DNA of 45,436 nucleotides. Origin: a virus. Taxonomy: Duplodnaviria; Caudoviricetes. The notes beneath the pieces are model-generated. The model was not told the origin of the DNA. It made no database searches and saw only the letters and a program-made list of their open reading frames with translations. The stretch lies in the IMG/VR virus record IMGVR_UViG_3300005805_006996, positions 1 through 45,436 of that record; one strand, 5' to 3'. The position numbers and the translations under genes were made by a program. Below, piece after piece: positions 19,404 through 29,221 of the stretch. How positions within the stretch are numbered: position 1 is the first letter of the stretch; each line of letters opens with the position of its first letter.

Positions 19404-19813
19404 TCGATTGTTTAATATTAGGTGACAGCATTGCGGTAGGAACCGCAATGCAGAGACCAGAGTGCATAAGTTATAGCAGAGGTGGATGGAATAGTTGGCA
19501 ATGGAACAGAGATTATTTGGACGTAGCTAAAACTAAACCTGCTAAAACTATAATTATTAGCTTGGGCGCTAACGATCATAGTGGTGTTAAGACTGAGCAA
19601 GAGTTAAGAAAGATGCGGTCCGCTGTAACAGCAGATCGTGTTTTTTGGATTGACCCCGGCAAAGATCGAAAACCTATTGCCCATGATGCGATTATACGAA
19701 TCGCTAAAGAGTACGGAGATACCGTATTACTTAGACCAAAAAATAATATGAGTGCAGATGGTATACACCCTACTGGAAAAGGTTATAAAGAATTAGCAGA
19801 GCAAACTAAATGA
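19400..19813 (+). CDS. SGNH/GDSL hydrolase
   Basis: GDSIA, SLGAND, DGIHPT..GY; GTG start overlaps the ahpC stop. Confidence 0.85.
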   Translation: MIDCLILGDSIAVGTAMQRPECISYSRGGWNSWQWNRDYLDVAKTKPAKTIIISLGANDHSGVKTEQELRKMRSAVTADRVFWIDPGKDRKPIAHDAIIRIAKEYGDTVLLRPKNNMSADGIHPTGKGYKELAEQTK

Positions 19814-20202
19814 AAAAAATCTTTGTTAATGGTACATTTGATGTGTTGCATGTTGGGCACGTTTTTTTATTAAACTTTGCAAAAAGCCTAGGAGATCATT
19901 TAACTGTAGCTATTGACAGTGATGATAGAATTCGTAGACTAAAGGGACAAAACAGGCCCATCAATAATTATTATGAACGCACAATCATGCTTCAAAATTT
20001 AAAAGCAGTAGATCAAGTAGAGATATTTGATACTGACGAAGAACTGATTGACATGATTAAGAAATGTGACATAATGGTTAAAGGTGGCGATTATGCTAAC
20101 TTACCGATCATCGGTAAAGAACACATTCAAGTAATATTGTTTGAGAGAATAAATGGATATTCCAGCACACAAAAGATTCAAGATACTATTAATAGGGGAT
20201 AA
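19810..20202 (+). CDS. rfaE2: Heptose-1-phosphate adenylyltransferase-like (RfaE domain II/HldC)
   Basis: NGTFDVLHVGH (HxGH), KGQNRPIN, KGGDY, YSST. Confidence 0.88.
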   Translation: MKKIFVNGTFDVLHVGHVFLLNFAKSLGDHLTVAIDSDDRIRRLKGQNRPINNYYERTIMLQNLKAVDQVEIFDTDEELIDMIKKCDIMVKGGDYANLPIIGKEHIQVILFERINGYSSTQKIQDTINRG

Positions 20203-20920
20203 TTGTAAAGATACCTATGTATATGGTACAGTTGCTAGGTTAAGTCCCGAAGCACCGGTACCGGTATTTCAACCTCAGTCAGAAGTAGTATTAGATGGTA
20301 TGGCTGGAAACGTATGCAAAAATTTAGAAGCATTACATTGTGAAGTTAAGTTTTTTCACAGTGAAAGTAGTGAAAAGAAACGTCTTATAGACGAACGTAG
20401 TAAACAACATCTATTACGTATAGATCAAGACGCTAAATGTACTCCAATATTGGGTGCATTTATAGAAACAAGTGAGTTAAATCAATTCCAAGCAGTAGTG
20501 ATTAGCGACTACAATAAAGGTACAGTTCCATCTACACTAATAGATTGGCTACGAAAAGAATACAATGGACCTATCTTCTTAGATACTAAGAAAACAGATT
20601 TAGCGAAGTTTAATGGTTGTTACATCAAAATTAATCAGTTAGAAAGAAGTTTAGCAAAAACATTACCTGATGACGAATGGCTCATCGTTACAAAAGGTGA
20701 TAAGGGTGCAGAATACTTGGGACACACACTAGTTCCTACCGAAGTAGATGATGTGATAGATGTGTGTGGCGCCGGCGACACATTTTTAGCTGCGTTAGTA
20801 TATAGGTTCTTAGATACAAAAGACATACGAAAGGCTATTATGTTTGCAAATAAGGCTGCAGGTATAACTGTACAACACGTAGGAGTTTATGCTCCAAAAC
20901 TAGAGGAACTAATACCATGA
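20153..20920 (+). CDS. rfaE1: Heptose-7-phosphate kinase-like (RfaE domain I/HldA, PfkB family)
   Basis: RLSPEAPVPV, GMAGNV, SDYNKG, DVCGAGDTF. Confidence 0.88.
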   Translation: MDIPAHKRFKILLIGDNCKDTYVYGTVARLSPEAPVPVFQPQSEVVLDGMAGNVCKNLEALHCEVKFFHSESSEKKRLIDERSKQHLLRIDQDAKCTPILGAFIETSELNQFQAVVISDYNKGTVPSTLIDWLRKEYNGPIFLDTKKTDLAKFNGCYIKINQLERSLAKTLPDDEWLIVTKGDKGAEYLGHTLVPTEVDDVIDVCGAGDTFLAALVYRFLDTKDIRKAIMFANKAAGITVQHVGVYAPKLEELIP

Positions 20921-21276
20921 GTAGATTAGAAGGTTATGTAGAAAAGGGTTGGGGGCATGAGTTTATCTTTGCAACCAACGATAAGTATTGTGGTAAGATA
21001 TTGAAGTTCAATAAGGGCGCAAAGTTCAGTATGCACTTTCATGCTGAAAAAGATGAAACATGGTTCGTACTAGATGGTAAATTTATAGTAAAATATATTG
21101 ATACAAAAACAGCTACAGAACATGAACAAGAATTGAATCCCAATGAAGTATGGCGTAATATGCCACTTTTCCCACATCAGGTTATTTGTGTAGAAGAAGG
21201 TGTTATAATTGAAGTCTCTACACCTGATAGTGTAGAAGATAACTATAGGGTAGGGAAAGGTGATAGTCAAAAATGA
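20917..21276 (+). CDS. Cupin-fold sugar isomerase-like protein
   Basis: KGWGHE, SMHFHAEKDETW, PH, EVST..D..R. Confidence 0.8.
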   Translation: MSRLEGYVEKGWGHEFIFATNDKYCGKILKFNKGAKFSMHFHAEKDETWFVLDGKFIVKYIDTKTATEHEQELNPNEVWRNMPLFPHQVICVEEGVIIEVSTPDSVEDNYRVGKGDSQK

Positions 21277-21569
21277 GTGTATATATGGTGGATATAGATA
21301 ACACTATTTGCGTTAGTGAAGGTAGTGATTATGCCAATAGTAAACCATTGCCAGAACGTATTAAAAAAATTAATGAATTGTATGATGCCGGTCATACTGT
21401 AATATATTGGACCGCACGTGGTGGCAATAGTGGTATTGATTGGACAGACAAAACACATAGTCAGTTAGCAGCATGGGGCTGTAAGTATGATGAAATACGT
21501 ATGAAGAAGCCAGTCTACGATATTTGGATTGACGACAAAGCCATTAACTCGGAAGACTTTTTCAAATGA
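21273..21569 (+). CDS. Small HAD-superfamily phosphatase
   Basis: DIDNT, WTARG, KP..D.WIDDKA. Confidence 0.85.
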   Translation: MSVYMVDIDNTICVSEGSDYANSKPLPERIKKINELYDAGHTVIYWTARGGNSGIDWTDKTHSQLAAWGCKYDEIRMKKPVYDIWIDDKAINSEDFFK

Positions 21570-22357
21570 AGATATTGCTTACAGGTCATAAAGGTTTTAT
21601 TGGTTCTAATATGCTAAACGCATTGAAGGACCACGAAGTAACTACATTCGAATGGGGAGACGCATTACCTGACGTTAAAGGACATGATTGGGTAGTTCAC
21701 ATGGGCGCTAATAGCTCTACTACCGAACGCAACATCGAAAAAATCATGATGCAAAACGTTGATTTTAGTATATGGCTTCTTAAACAATGTATAGAGCATG
21801 GAGTAGATTTTCAATATTCTAGTAGTGCTAGTATATATGGTATGCGTAAAATGGATTTTAGAGAAGATTCACCCGTCGATCCACGTAATCCATATGCATG
21901 GACTAAGTACTTAGTCGAAAGACACATTAGCAACCTGACACCCAAGACCTTAAAGGGAATACGTGTACAGGGTTTTAGATATTTCAATGTGTATGGGTCT
22001 AACGAAGATCATAAAGGTGATCAAGCTAGTCCATATCATAAATTTATGAAACAATATCGTGAAACAGGTAAGATAAAGTTGTTTGAAAATAGCGACAAAT
22101 ATCTTAGAGATTTTGTACCAGTAGAACAAGTATGTCAAACACATATTGATTTTTTTGATGTGCGTGAATCTGGAGTATGGAATATAGGAACAGGAACACC
22201 TAAGAGTTTCTTAGATGTTGCATTAAGTATAGCACCACTAGACTGTATCGAGTTTATACCGATGCCTGCTATATTGCGTGACAGTTATCAAGAATACACA
22301 TGTGCAGACATGACAAAAACACAGGACAGTTTAAAACACAGAGGAGATAAACTATGA
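21566..22357 (+). CDS. rfaD: ADP-L-glycero-D-manno-heptose 6-epimerase-like
   Basis: GHKGFIG, HMGANSSTTE, YxxxK, FRYFNVYG..E.HKG.QAS, RDFV, YQEYTCAD. Confidence 0.88.
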   Translation: MKILLTGHKGFIGSNMLNALKDHEVTTFEWGDALPDVKGHDWVVHMGANSSTTERNIEKIMMQNVDFSIWLLKQCIEHGVDFQYSSSASIYGMRKMDFREDSPVDPRNPYAWTKYLVERHISNLTPKTLKGIRVQGFRYFNVYGSNEDHKGDQASPYHKFMKQYRETGKIKLFENSDKYLRDFVPVEQVCQTHIDFFDVRESGVWNIGTGTPKSFLDVALSIAPLDCIEFIPMPAILRDSYQEYTCADMTKTQDSLKHRGDKL

Positions 22358-22911
22358 CAGTAGTGACAAGTATGCCACCAGTAACAGTAGGTGGAAATTG
22401 GTTAGATCAGGTTAAGGAAAGTATTCCTGATCATGCTAAGGATATTAAGTTAAACTTAGATGCAGTAATTAATCGCAGCGGACTAGATCCAGTAGATACA
22501 CATGCAATTGCATATACCGCTGCACTAGCAGCAGGTAACGGTGGACTTGCATTTGAAATCGAAATGAATAGTCCATTATTTTTACATGAGCCAGAACGTC
22601 TTGCAGCTAAAACAGCAGCAGCACTTATGGGTATGAATAACACTTACTATCCATTTGTTGAAATGACACAAGATGAAGCACTAAAAGGTCTGCCTCCTGG
22701 TTTACGTATGAATGCATATGCTACACACGGTGGTGTAAGTAAGAAGAAATTCGAAATGTATGCACTGGCTGCAAGTATTGTAGGTAAGTGCCACTTCTGT
22801 GTTAAGAATCACTATGATGTTCTAAAGAAAGAAGGCATGACAGTTCAAGAACTACAAATGGTCGGAAAAATTGCTAGCGTAATTAACGCCGTAGGAAAAG
22901 TGGCTATTTGA
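22354..22911 (+). CDS. ahpD: Alkylhydroperoxidase AhpD
   Basis: IPDHAKDIKLNL, MGMNNTYY, GLRMN, ASIVGKCHFCVKNH. Confidence 0.93.
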   Translation: MTVVTSMPPVTVGGNWLDQVKESIPDHAKDIKLNLDAVINRSGLDPVDTHAIAYTAALAAGNGGLAFEIEMNSPLFLHEPERLAAKTAAALMGMNNTYYPFVEMTQDEALKGLPPGLRMNAYATHGGVSKKKFEMYALAASIVGKCHFCVKNHYDVLKKEGMTVQELQMVGKIASVINAVGKVAI

Positions 22912-23452
22912 TACCTATAGTCATGTAACGATCATAACCGCTATCACTATAGCGTATAGGTAGTATACCAGAATAAATACCCACACTTAGTGGGTATTTT
23001 TCTAAGAAGCTTTCATAAGTTGGGCTAGGATTTTTAACTAGCCACGGTTCATTGGGGTCGGTGACGTTACTAGATTGGATACATACTAGTGTGTTGGGCG
23101 CTATGCTATCAAACCAAACGTCACTGTCCATGTGTTCTCCGCTGCAATTTATGACTACATCATATCCTTGAGAATTAAAAGTATTTGCGTCCGCACATTC
23201 TGATCGCTGAATACACTCAATATACCAATAACTACAAATTTTATTAGCAGTATCTACAGCAGACATATCTATGTCGATGCCGTGTATATGTCCATAATGA
23301 TTAGGTCTACGTGTAAGTAACATAAACCCTAAAACATTAATCCAACACCCCAGTATTGCTACACTAGATTGTTCTTTAATAAGTGGTTCTAATTTTTCAC
23401 ATAGCCAAATTTTACTACTGATTTGGCCATGGCTAAAGCTATCAAGATTCAT
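22904..23452 (-). CDS. Class I SAM-dependent methyltransferase-like
   Basis: DSFSHGQ..SKIWL, ILGCW, GIDID, VINCSGEHM, QS; probable start MNLDSF. Confidence 0.75.
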   Translation of the reverse strand: MNLDSFSHGQISSKIWLCEKLEPLIKEQSSVAILGCWINVLGFMLLTRRPNHYGHIHGIDIDMSAVDTANKICSYWYIECIQRSECADANTFNSQGYDVVINCSGEHMDSDVWFDSIAPNTLVCIQSSNVTDPNEPWLVKNPSPTYESFLEKYPLSVGIYSGILPIRYSDSGYDRYMTIGIK

Positions 23453-24038
23453 TAGTATATTTAAGTTGGTTCCAATCATACGAAAAGGAATCATCTAAGT
23501 TTTCGTATAGGACATATTGCTTTGTATATTGAATGTTTACAGCAAATTCTAATGTGTGCAAACCCTTAAATCCAAAATGATAATCTTTTCTATTGGGTCT
23601 ACGCTCCCCGAATCCCTTTCTAAACCACATATTAATTAAGTTTTTATTGTAGTCGTTAAATGTCAAGGCCATACATTTCAAATTATTATCGATTGCCCAA
23701 CGTCTTTCAAAAGGCAATAGATATTCTCTGGATATATTTTTGTTTCTATATTCTTTATCTATCCATGTTCTAGAACCAGCAATCAATACATCGTCGGAGA
23801 AACTAGAAACATAACACCCGCTACATGCAATTATGTTTTCATTGTGAAATAGAATATTAAATTGTCCGTTTTTAAAACGGTCACTATTATCCAATATATA
23901 AAGTAATGTGTTATTTTCGCCATCCAATGTCATATTACTATGCGCCGGCTGCTTTAATTCCATAGAGGCTTTAAGCAAGAACTGTAAAAACTTCTCACGT
24001 TCATCTGAATTTATATCGTAGTAATTTTTTATTAGCAT
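23442..24038 (-). CDS. GNAT-like hypothetical protein
   Basis: IIACSG...RTWIDKEYRNKNIS resembles the acetyl-CoA-binding motif A. Confidence 0.5.
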   Translation of the reverse strand: MLIKNYYDINSDEREKFLQFLLKASMELKQPAHSNMTLDGENNTLLYILDNSDRFKNGQFNILFHNENIIACSGCYVSSFSDDVLIAGSRTWIDKEYRNKNISREYLLPFERRWAIDNNLKCMALTFNDYNKNLINMWFRKGFGERRPNRKDYHFGFKGLHTLEFAVNIQYTKQYVLYENLDDSFSYDWNQLKYTNES

Positions 24039-24568
24039 AATAGTATGTGATCTTTTGGGTTATGTTCAAATCTCATAGTGAAAATCCATCTATCCTCATT
24101 TATATTAGATTCTGCGCTATGTGGTTTGTCTACTCTGATTAGGTATGGTTTTGTAATCTCTAAACTTTCTACACATATAGGTTCCCCCTTCCATACTACA
24201 GAATAAAAAATTATATCACGTACATTGGTTTTTATCAATTCATATTCTCCGTCGTACCAATTAAACTTTGAACCAATAGTCCCGCTCAGTGGAATATTTA
24301 TAGCTAGAGATATTAGTTCGCTATCTCCGTCAACATGAATACCCTGTTTTGTGTTTTTTCTTCTTATATAACTTTGAGCATAGGACAATTTGGGCAATCC
24401 TAAATTATATAAATCATTGTTTATCGTGTTTAGTAGATTTCCTGAAATATTGTGTTTGATTCTAACCTGTTCTGAAAAGGTACTGTTCAATTTCTTTTTG
24501 ATATCTTCTATAGCGAATTCTTGTATATTAGTATAGCAAGGTAGCTCAACAGGATAGTAATATTTCAT
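24032..24568 (-). CDS. 2OG-Fe(II)/cupin-like oxygenase
   Basis: HVD...PH..N..RW pattern. Confidence 0.65.
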   Translation of the reverse strand: MKYYYPVELPCYTNIQEFAIEDIKKKLNSTFSEQVRIKHNISGNLLNTINNDLYNLGLPKLSYAQSYIRRKNTKQGIHVDGDSELISLAINIPLSGTIGSKFNWYDGEYELIKTNVRDIIFYSVVWKGEPICVESLEITKPYLIRVDKPHSAESNINEDRWIFTMRFEHNPKDHILLC

Positions 24569-25161
24569 ATATTGATACAATGTTCCTTATACTTGTCTGC
24601 ACCACAACTAATTAGTTTTGATATGTCCCCCATGTAATTGATTTGTATCAATAACTTTTTATTATTAGAGTCAAAGTCGCTACCGTGCCAACAATGCAAA
24701 TCATTATATGTGAACCACATTGTATCAATTGGCATGGTCATATAGTGTCTAGTCGTGTCATTTGGTTTAGTGTAGTACCATTGGTTCTGCGCAGGATAGT
24801 GAAGCATACCACGTATTTCCCATTTATCAATATTATTGTCTGAATGGGATTCTATGTTAGTCAAGCTTTGTACTATTCTAATACGTTTTATAACAGGAAT
24901 AGGTAAGCTCATCAACCCTTCATAAAATTTAGGTAAATCGTTTTTGATATCGTAATACGGTGCTTCGTGAGCAACAGATCCGTATCTGAGCATAATGTCT
25001 AACCCTACCCATAGATCAGTTGATCCTACAGGACTCTTTGAATCTGTATGATTTACTTTTTTCTTGTATAACACTTTTGCATGTTTATTCCAAATATTCC
25101 AAAAAGTGTCCCAAGAATCGGGATAAATATTGGGCAAATCTAATGGACTATGTATTAGCAT
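24565..25161 (-). CDS. 2OG-Fe(II)/cupin-like oxygenase
   Basis: HSD...WHG...K pattern. Confidence 0.55.
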   Translation of the reverse strand: MLIHSPLDLPNIYPDSWDTFWNIWNKHAKVLYKKKVNHTDSKSPVGSTDLWVGLDIMLRYGSVAHEAPYYDIKNDLPKFYEGLMSLPIPVIKRIRIVQSLTNIESHSDNNIDKWEIRGMLHYPAQNQWYYTKPNDTTRHYMTMPIDTMWFTYNDLHCWHGSDFDSNNKKLLIQINYMGDISKLISCGADKYKEHCINI

Positions 25162-25170
25162 ATAAATAGT

Positions 25171-25947
25171 ATGATGAAATATTTATCAGCGTCCAATAAG
25201 ACTTTAGGGTTCCTAAACTCATTAATACTATTAGGTACCATATATGGGACAATTACCTATGAATTTACGATTCCATATATCCTGCTGACCATACTTTTTT
25301 ATTTTATTTTTAGTGGGTTAGGTGTAGGAATGATGCTACATAGATATTATAGCCACGGCAGTTTTGAATTTAAATCTGATGTTCTGAGAAAAGTTTTAAC
25401 CTATGTAAGTTTGCTATCTGCAAGGGGTAGTATAATAGGTTGGGTCTATGTTCACAGGATGCACCACAAACACAGCGATACAGAGAATGATCCTCATATT
25501 AGGAACATGAAAATTCTTAACTTATTGTTTCCTTATTTTTCCGATCACGGGAAGAGTATCAATAAATTTGTGATAAAAGACTTATTGAACCAAGAACAAT
25601 TAAAGATTAACCAACATTACATGGCTATCGTATTGCTTCCCGTGGCAGTTCTGTCCATTGTCAGTTTTAAAATTGCCTTCTTTTGCTGGTTTTTGCCAGT
25701 ATTTCTTACACATGTAATTTGGAACATTTTCTTTTGGTTAGGCCATCACGAAAAATTTGGATATCGAAATTTTGCTACATCGGACAAGAGTTCTAATTCA
25801 TGGCTATTTGCTATATTGACATTTGGTGAAGGGTGGCACAATAACCATCATCAACAACCAAAGAGTTACACAACTAAAGTACATAAACATGAATTTGACT
25901 TAATTGGTTCTATCATTCTGTTATTGCGAAAAACACAGACTAAATAA
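25171..25947 (+). CDS. Membrane fatty-acid (delta-9-type) desaturase
   Basis: His boxes HRYYSH, HRMHH, GEGWHNNHH; TM segments. Confidence 0.93.
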   Translation: MMKYLSASNKTLGFLNSLILLGTIYGTITYEFTIPYILLTILFYFIFSGLGVGMMLHRYYSHGSFEFKSDVLRKVLTYVSLLSARGSIIGWVYVHRMHHKHSDTENDPHIRNMKILNLLFPYFSDHGKSINKFVIKDLLNQEQLKINQHYMAIVLLPVAVLSIVSFKIAFFCWFLPVFLTHVIWNIFFWLGHHEKFGYRNFATSDKSSNSWLFAILTFGEGWHNNHHQQPKSYTTKVHKHEFDLIGSIILLLRKTQTK

Positions 25948-25951
25948 TTTC

Positions 25952-26749
25952 ATGACTAATATATTTGCAAGTTCAACTATCGGGGCACAGCGTTTTCAAT
26001 TAATAGCGTTATTGTGTACGCTTTTTGGGTTATTTTATTATGCCCCATCACTGGAAATGTTATTACTAGTTCTTACCGGATACTTTATCTACGGTTGTCT
26101 AGGTATCGTAGTAACATTTCACAGATTGCTTACGCACGGTAGTTATGAAACTAATAAGTATTTAAGTCGTTTATTTTCTATATTTGGATGTTTTGCGGGT
26201 ACAGGTAGTCCTATAGCTTGGGTCGCAATTCATATAAATCATCATCTTAAAAGTGATAAAGAAGGTGATCCTCATAGCCCATGGTTCAAAGGTTTCAAGA
26301 TATTCACGCTAGATTACGAACATGAAGTAGACAAGAATACCAAATGGAGAATGAGGCATTTGATTACTGATAAGTTCCAACAAGCATTACATAGGTACTA
26401 TTTCTTAATTATGTTTGCTTATGGATTTCTTTTATTCCTAATAGGTGGATTTTATTTATTGACGTTTTTCTTTTTAGCTCCTGCATTGGTTACTGGTTTA
26501 ATGAGTAACGTAGTGAATTATGTTGGGCACATGCCGCATTGGTTTGGAAGTTCTAGAACTTACAACCTAGCAGATAAAAGTGCAAACAATTGGTTATGGG
26601 CTATCCCTAGTTGGGGTGAGGCATGGCACAATAATCATCACCGTTATCCCAGACGAAGTTACTTCGGTGATAAATGGTATCAGATTGACATATCAGGGGT
26701 TATCATAAAACTTATAAGGACGAAAAGTGATAGTTACGTCAGAGAATAA
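25952..26749 (+). CDS. Membrane fatty-acid (delta-9-type) desaturase
   Basis: HRLLTH, HINHH..SD..GDPHSP, GEAWHNNHH. Confidence 0.93.
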   Translation: MTNIFASSTIGAQRFQLIALLCTLFGLFYYAPSLEMLLLVLTGYFIYGCLGIVVTFHRLLTHGSYETNKYLSRLFSIFGCFAGTGSPIAWVAIHINHHLKSDKEGDPHSPWFKGFKIFTLDYEHEVDKNTKWRMRHLITDKFQQALHRYYFLIMFAYGFLLFLIGGFYLLTFFFLAPALVTGLMSNVVNYVGHMPHWFGSSRTYNLADKSANNWLWAIPSWGEAWHNNHHRYPRRSYFGDKWYQIDISGVIIKLIRTKSDSYVRE

Positions 26750-27668
26750 CTATTTTCAATGGTTTTATGAGGATGAATTATTTGCTAGAAAACCATTTGA
26801 AGATTCTAAATTGAAAATCAAATATAACGCAAAAGTTGAAAATTTTGGTTCTTTTAAAGAAGAATTAATCAATAATGCCAATAAGCTTATAGACTTATAC
26901 CCTAACAGGAAGTTTTCTATTTTACTCTCGGGTGGCAGTGAGAGTGAAACTATGATTAGATTATACCGATCACAAAATATTGACTTTACAGCATATATTT
27001 TTAGATATGAAAAAGATATTAATTTATATGATGTGAGCTATGCAATCAGCGCAGCAGAGAGTATCGGCGCCACCTACAAGGTTATTGACTTCAATCTAAC
27101 ACAGTTTTATGAAAGTGGTGATGCAGAGAAAATTAGTGAAATAGCTCAGATTGACAGACCCCGCGCTTTACCTCAATTAAAATTTTTAGATTATATCACA
27201 GATAATTCTGTAGTATTGGGTGGGCAAGGAGCTACGGCATGGCGTAGACCTGGCGACATAGACTATACCATAAAATCTATTTGGGTAGATGTATACGACG
27301 AATTTGAAATAGGATGGGATAGGTATGTTAAAGAAACAAATCGTGAGGCATGCCTAACATGGTTACGATATTCTCCGCAGCTTGTGTTGGCACATAATTC
27401 TACTGATTGGGCAAAAAAATTAAGATCCGACGGTATTATAGGAAAGACGGGAGTCAAGAGTACAAAATTACAAGGTTACCAAGAAGTTTTTCCCGAAATG
27501 CTGCAAAGAATTAAAAAACATGGAATGGAACCTGCAGATGATATTATAAATGAATATCAAGAATTTTTGATTAAAAAATATAACGGTTTACCTTTTAGAG
27601 GGTATGCGGAAAAAACTTGGAATGAAATATGTCAAGAATTACTCGGAAAACAAGCATCATATCAATAA
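26727..27668 (+). CDS. Adenine-nucleotide alpha-hydrolase (PP-loop)-like protein
   Basis: LLSGGSESE variant PP-loop; late RIKKHGME motif. Confidence 0.6.
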   Translation: MIVTSENNYFQWFYEDELFARKPFEDSKLKIKYNAKVENFGSFKEELINNANKLIDLYPNRKFSILLSGGSESETMIRLYRSQNIDFTAYIFRYEKDINLYDVSYAISAAESIGATYKVIDFNLTQFYESGDAEKISEIAQIDRPRALPQLKFLDYITDNSVVLGGQGATAWRRPGDIDYTIKSIWVDVYDEFEIGWDRYVKETNREACLTWLRYSPQLVLAHNSTDWAKKLRSDGIIGKTGVKSTKLQGYQEVFPEMLQRIKKHGMEPADDIINEYQEFLIKKYNGLPFRGYAEKTWNEICQELLGKQASYQ

Positions 27669-27669
27669 A

Positions 27670-28857
27670 ATGTTATTAGACTGCCACACAACATTAGGTC
27701 ACTATTCTGTTGGTGACAAAAAATTTACATATAAGAATTCTGCCATCTATGAGGCAATGAACACAAATCAAAGTGTACAGTGGCACTTTTTTGATGATGT
27801 TTGGCAAAAATTCACAGACACTAAATTGCATACATTGGGAAGAGAATCACTTAAATCTGTATATAGACGCAGAGCCCAACAGTTGCGTGATGAATATGAT
27901 TATCTTATTCTACACTATAGCGGTGGTAGCGATAGTCATGAAATACTTATGACGTTTTTAGAAAACAACATAAAACTGGACGAAATCCTCGTTCAATTAG
28001 CATTAACAGCAAAAGAAAAAGTTCACACCCCGAACAATATAGACAAATCTGCTTCTAATATATTGAGCGAATGGGATTATGCTATAAAACCCGTATTAGA
28101 TATTGTAAAACAAAAGTATCCTAATATTAAAATAACTATAAGCGATTATTTAAATGACTACGGTAAGAAATTTGAAACACTTTTAACAGAAGATATTTAC
28201 CTAAACAATTATCATTTTAACACTACATTAGAAATGCTCAGGGCGCATTTTGCTACAAGTGATACTTTGGTAATCGGAAATGTAAAAAACAAAAAGGTCG
28301 CGGAGGTTATAGGGATAGACAAGCCATTGGTCTTTCTGAAAGACAACAAATTCTATATGACTTTTTGCGATACTTTTGCTAGTATAATTCATCCGGTTAG
28401 GTATCAAAAATGGGGAGCTACTCCAGAACCGTTTTATTGGAGCCCCAAAATGCCAGAGCTTTGTTTTGAGCAGGCTTATGTGTTATTGAACTATTTTGAA
28501 ACAAGACCCGATCTAAGACATATATACGATTCATCATTGTTCAGTGCAATGGATTCAAACTATCGTCACCGTAAAGAAATTTCTAGGAAGATATTCTATC
28601 AGACAATATACCATTATTTTGATAGTAACACATTTCAAGTTGATAAGCCTGAACCTTATTCAAATCACGGGGCCAGTAGAGAAAAGTATTTTGTGAATAT
28701 ACCTGAATTTAAGCCGTATTTAGAGAAAGTAGACTTTTATATTAGTAGCTTTGTAAAAGCCTTTAAGGAAAAGGACTTTATGAGTGAGTCTAAATTTAAG
28801 AAACAGTATTTTTCAAAATGGTTTTATATAGGAGAATTTTCCCCTATTATACAATGA
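27670..28857 (+). CDS. PP-loop ATPase-like protein (paralog 1)
   Basis: RAQQLRDEYDYLILHYSGGSDS, GIDKP, FQVDKP. Confidence 0.7.
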   Translation: MLLDCHTTLGHYSVGDKKFTYKNSAIYEAMNTNQSVQWHFFDDVWQKFTDTKLHTLGRESLKSVYRRRAQQLRDEYDYLILHYSGGSDSHEILMTFLENNIKLDEILVQLALTAKEKVHTPNNIDKSASNILSEWDYAIKPVLDIVKQKYPNIKITISDYLNDYGKKFETLLTEDIYLNNYHFNTTLEMLRAHFATSDTLVIGNVKNKKVAEVIGIDKPLVFLKDNKFYMTFCDTFASIIHPVRYQKWGATPEPFYWSPKMPELCFEQAYVLLNYFETRPDLRHIYDSSLFSAMDSNYRHRKEISRKIFYQTIYHYFDSNTFQVDKPEPYSNHGASREKYFVNIPEFKPYLEKVDFYISSFVKAFKEKDFMSESKFKKQYFSKWFYIGEFSPIIQ

Positions 28858-29143
28858 TTTCTCTTTTCATTGTAATACCTACAGATTCATGATAGGCTTG
28901 ACGTTCTTGAAACATTGGAAAAATCTCTGGGTCACTACAAAAATCAATCCAGTCCGCTTCAGTTCCAAAATAAGTTGTTCGTACTTGCACTAACCCGTCA
29001 GGAGAATCTACAATAGAAGCGTAAATGATTTTATTAGTATCCTTATAAGCCGTTTGCACGTGTTGGTTAAATTCGTTTGTGTATTCAAAAAACGGAATAG
29101 ATGTGCTAGGTCTTGTATAAGTGTTTTTGTAAGCGTATGCCAT
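28847..29143 (-). CDS. Small hypothetical protein
   Basis: AGGAG RBS and two TAAATA motifs upstream on the minus strand. Confidence 0.7.
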   Translation of the reverse strand: MAYAYKNTYTRPSTSIPFFEYTNEFNQHVQTAYKDTNKIIYASIVDSPDGLVQVRTTYFGTEADWIDFCSDPEIFPMFQERQAYHESVGITMKREIIV

Positions 29144-29221
29144 TCTGAATGATCTCCTGTTGTACTATATTTATCTATATATTTATAATTTAGTGCGGTA
29201 GAATAACTAAATATTTACACT

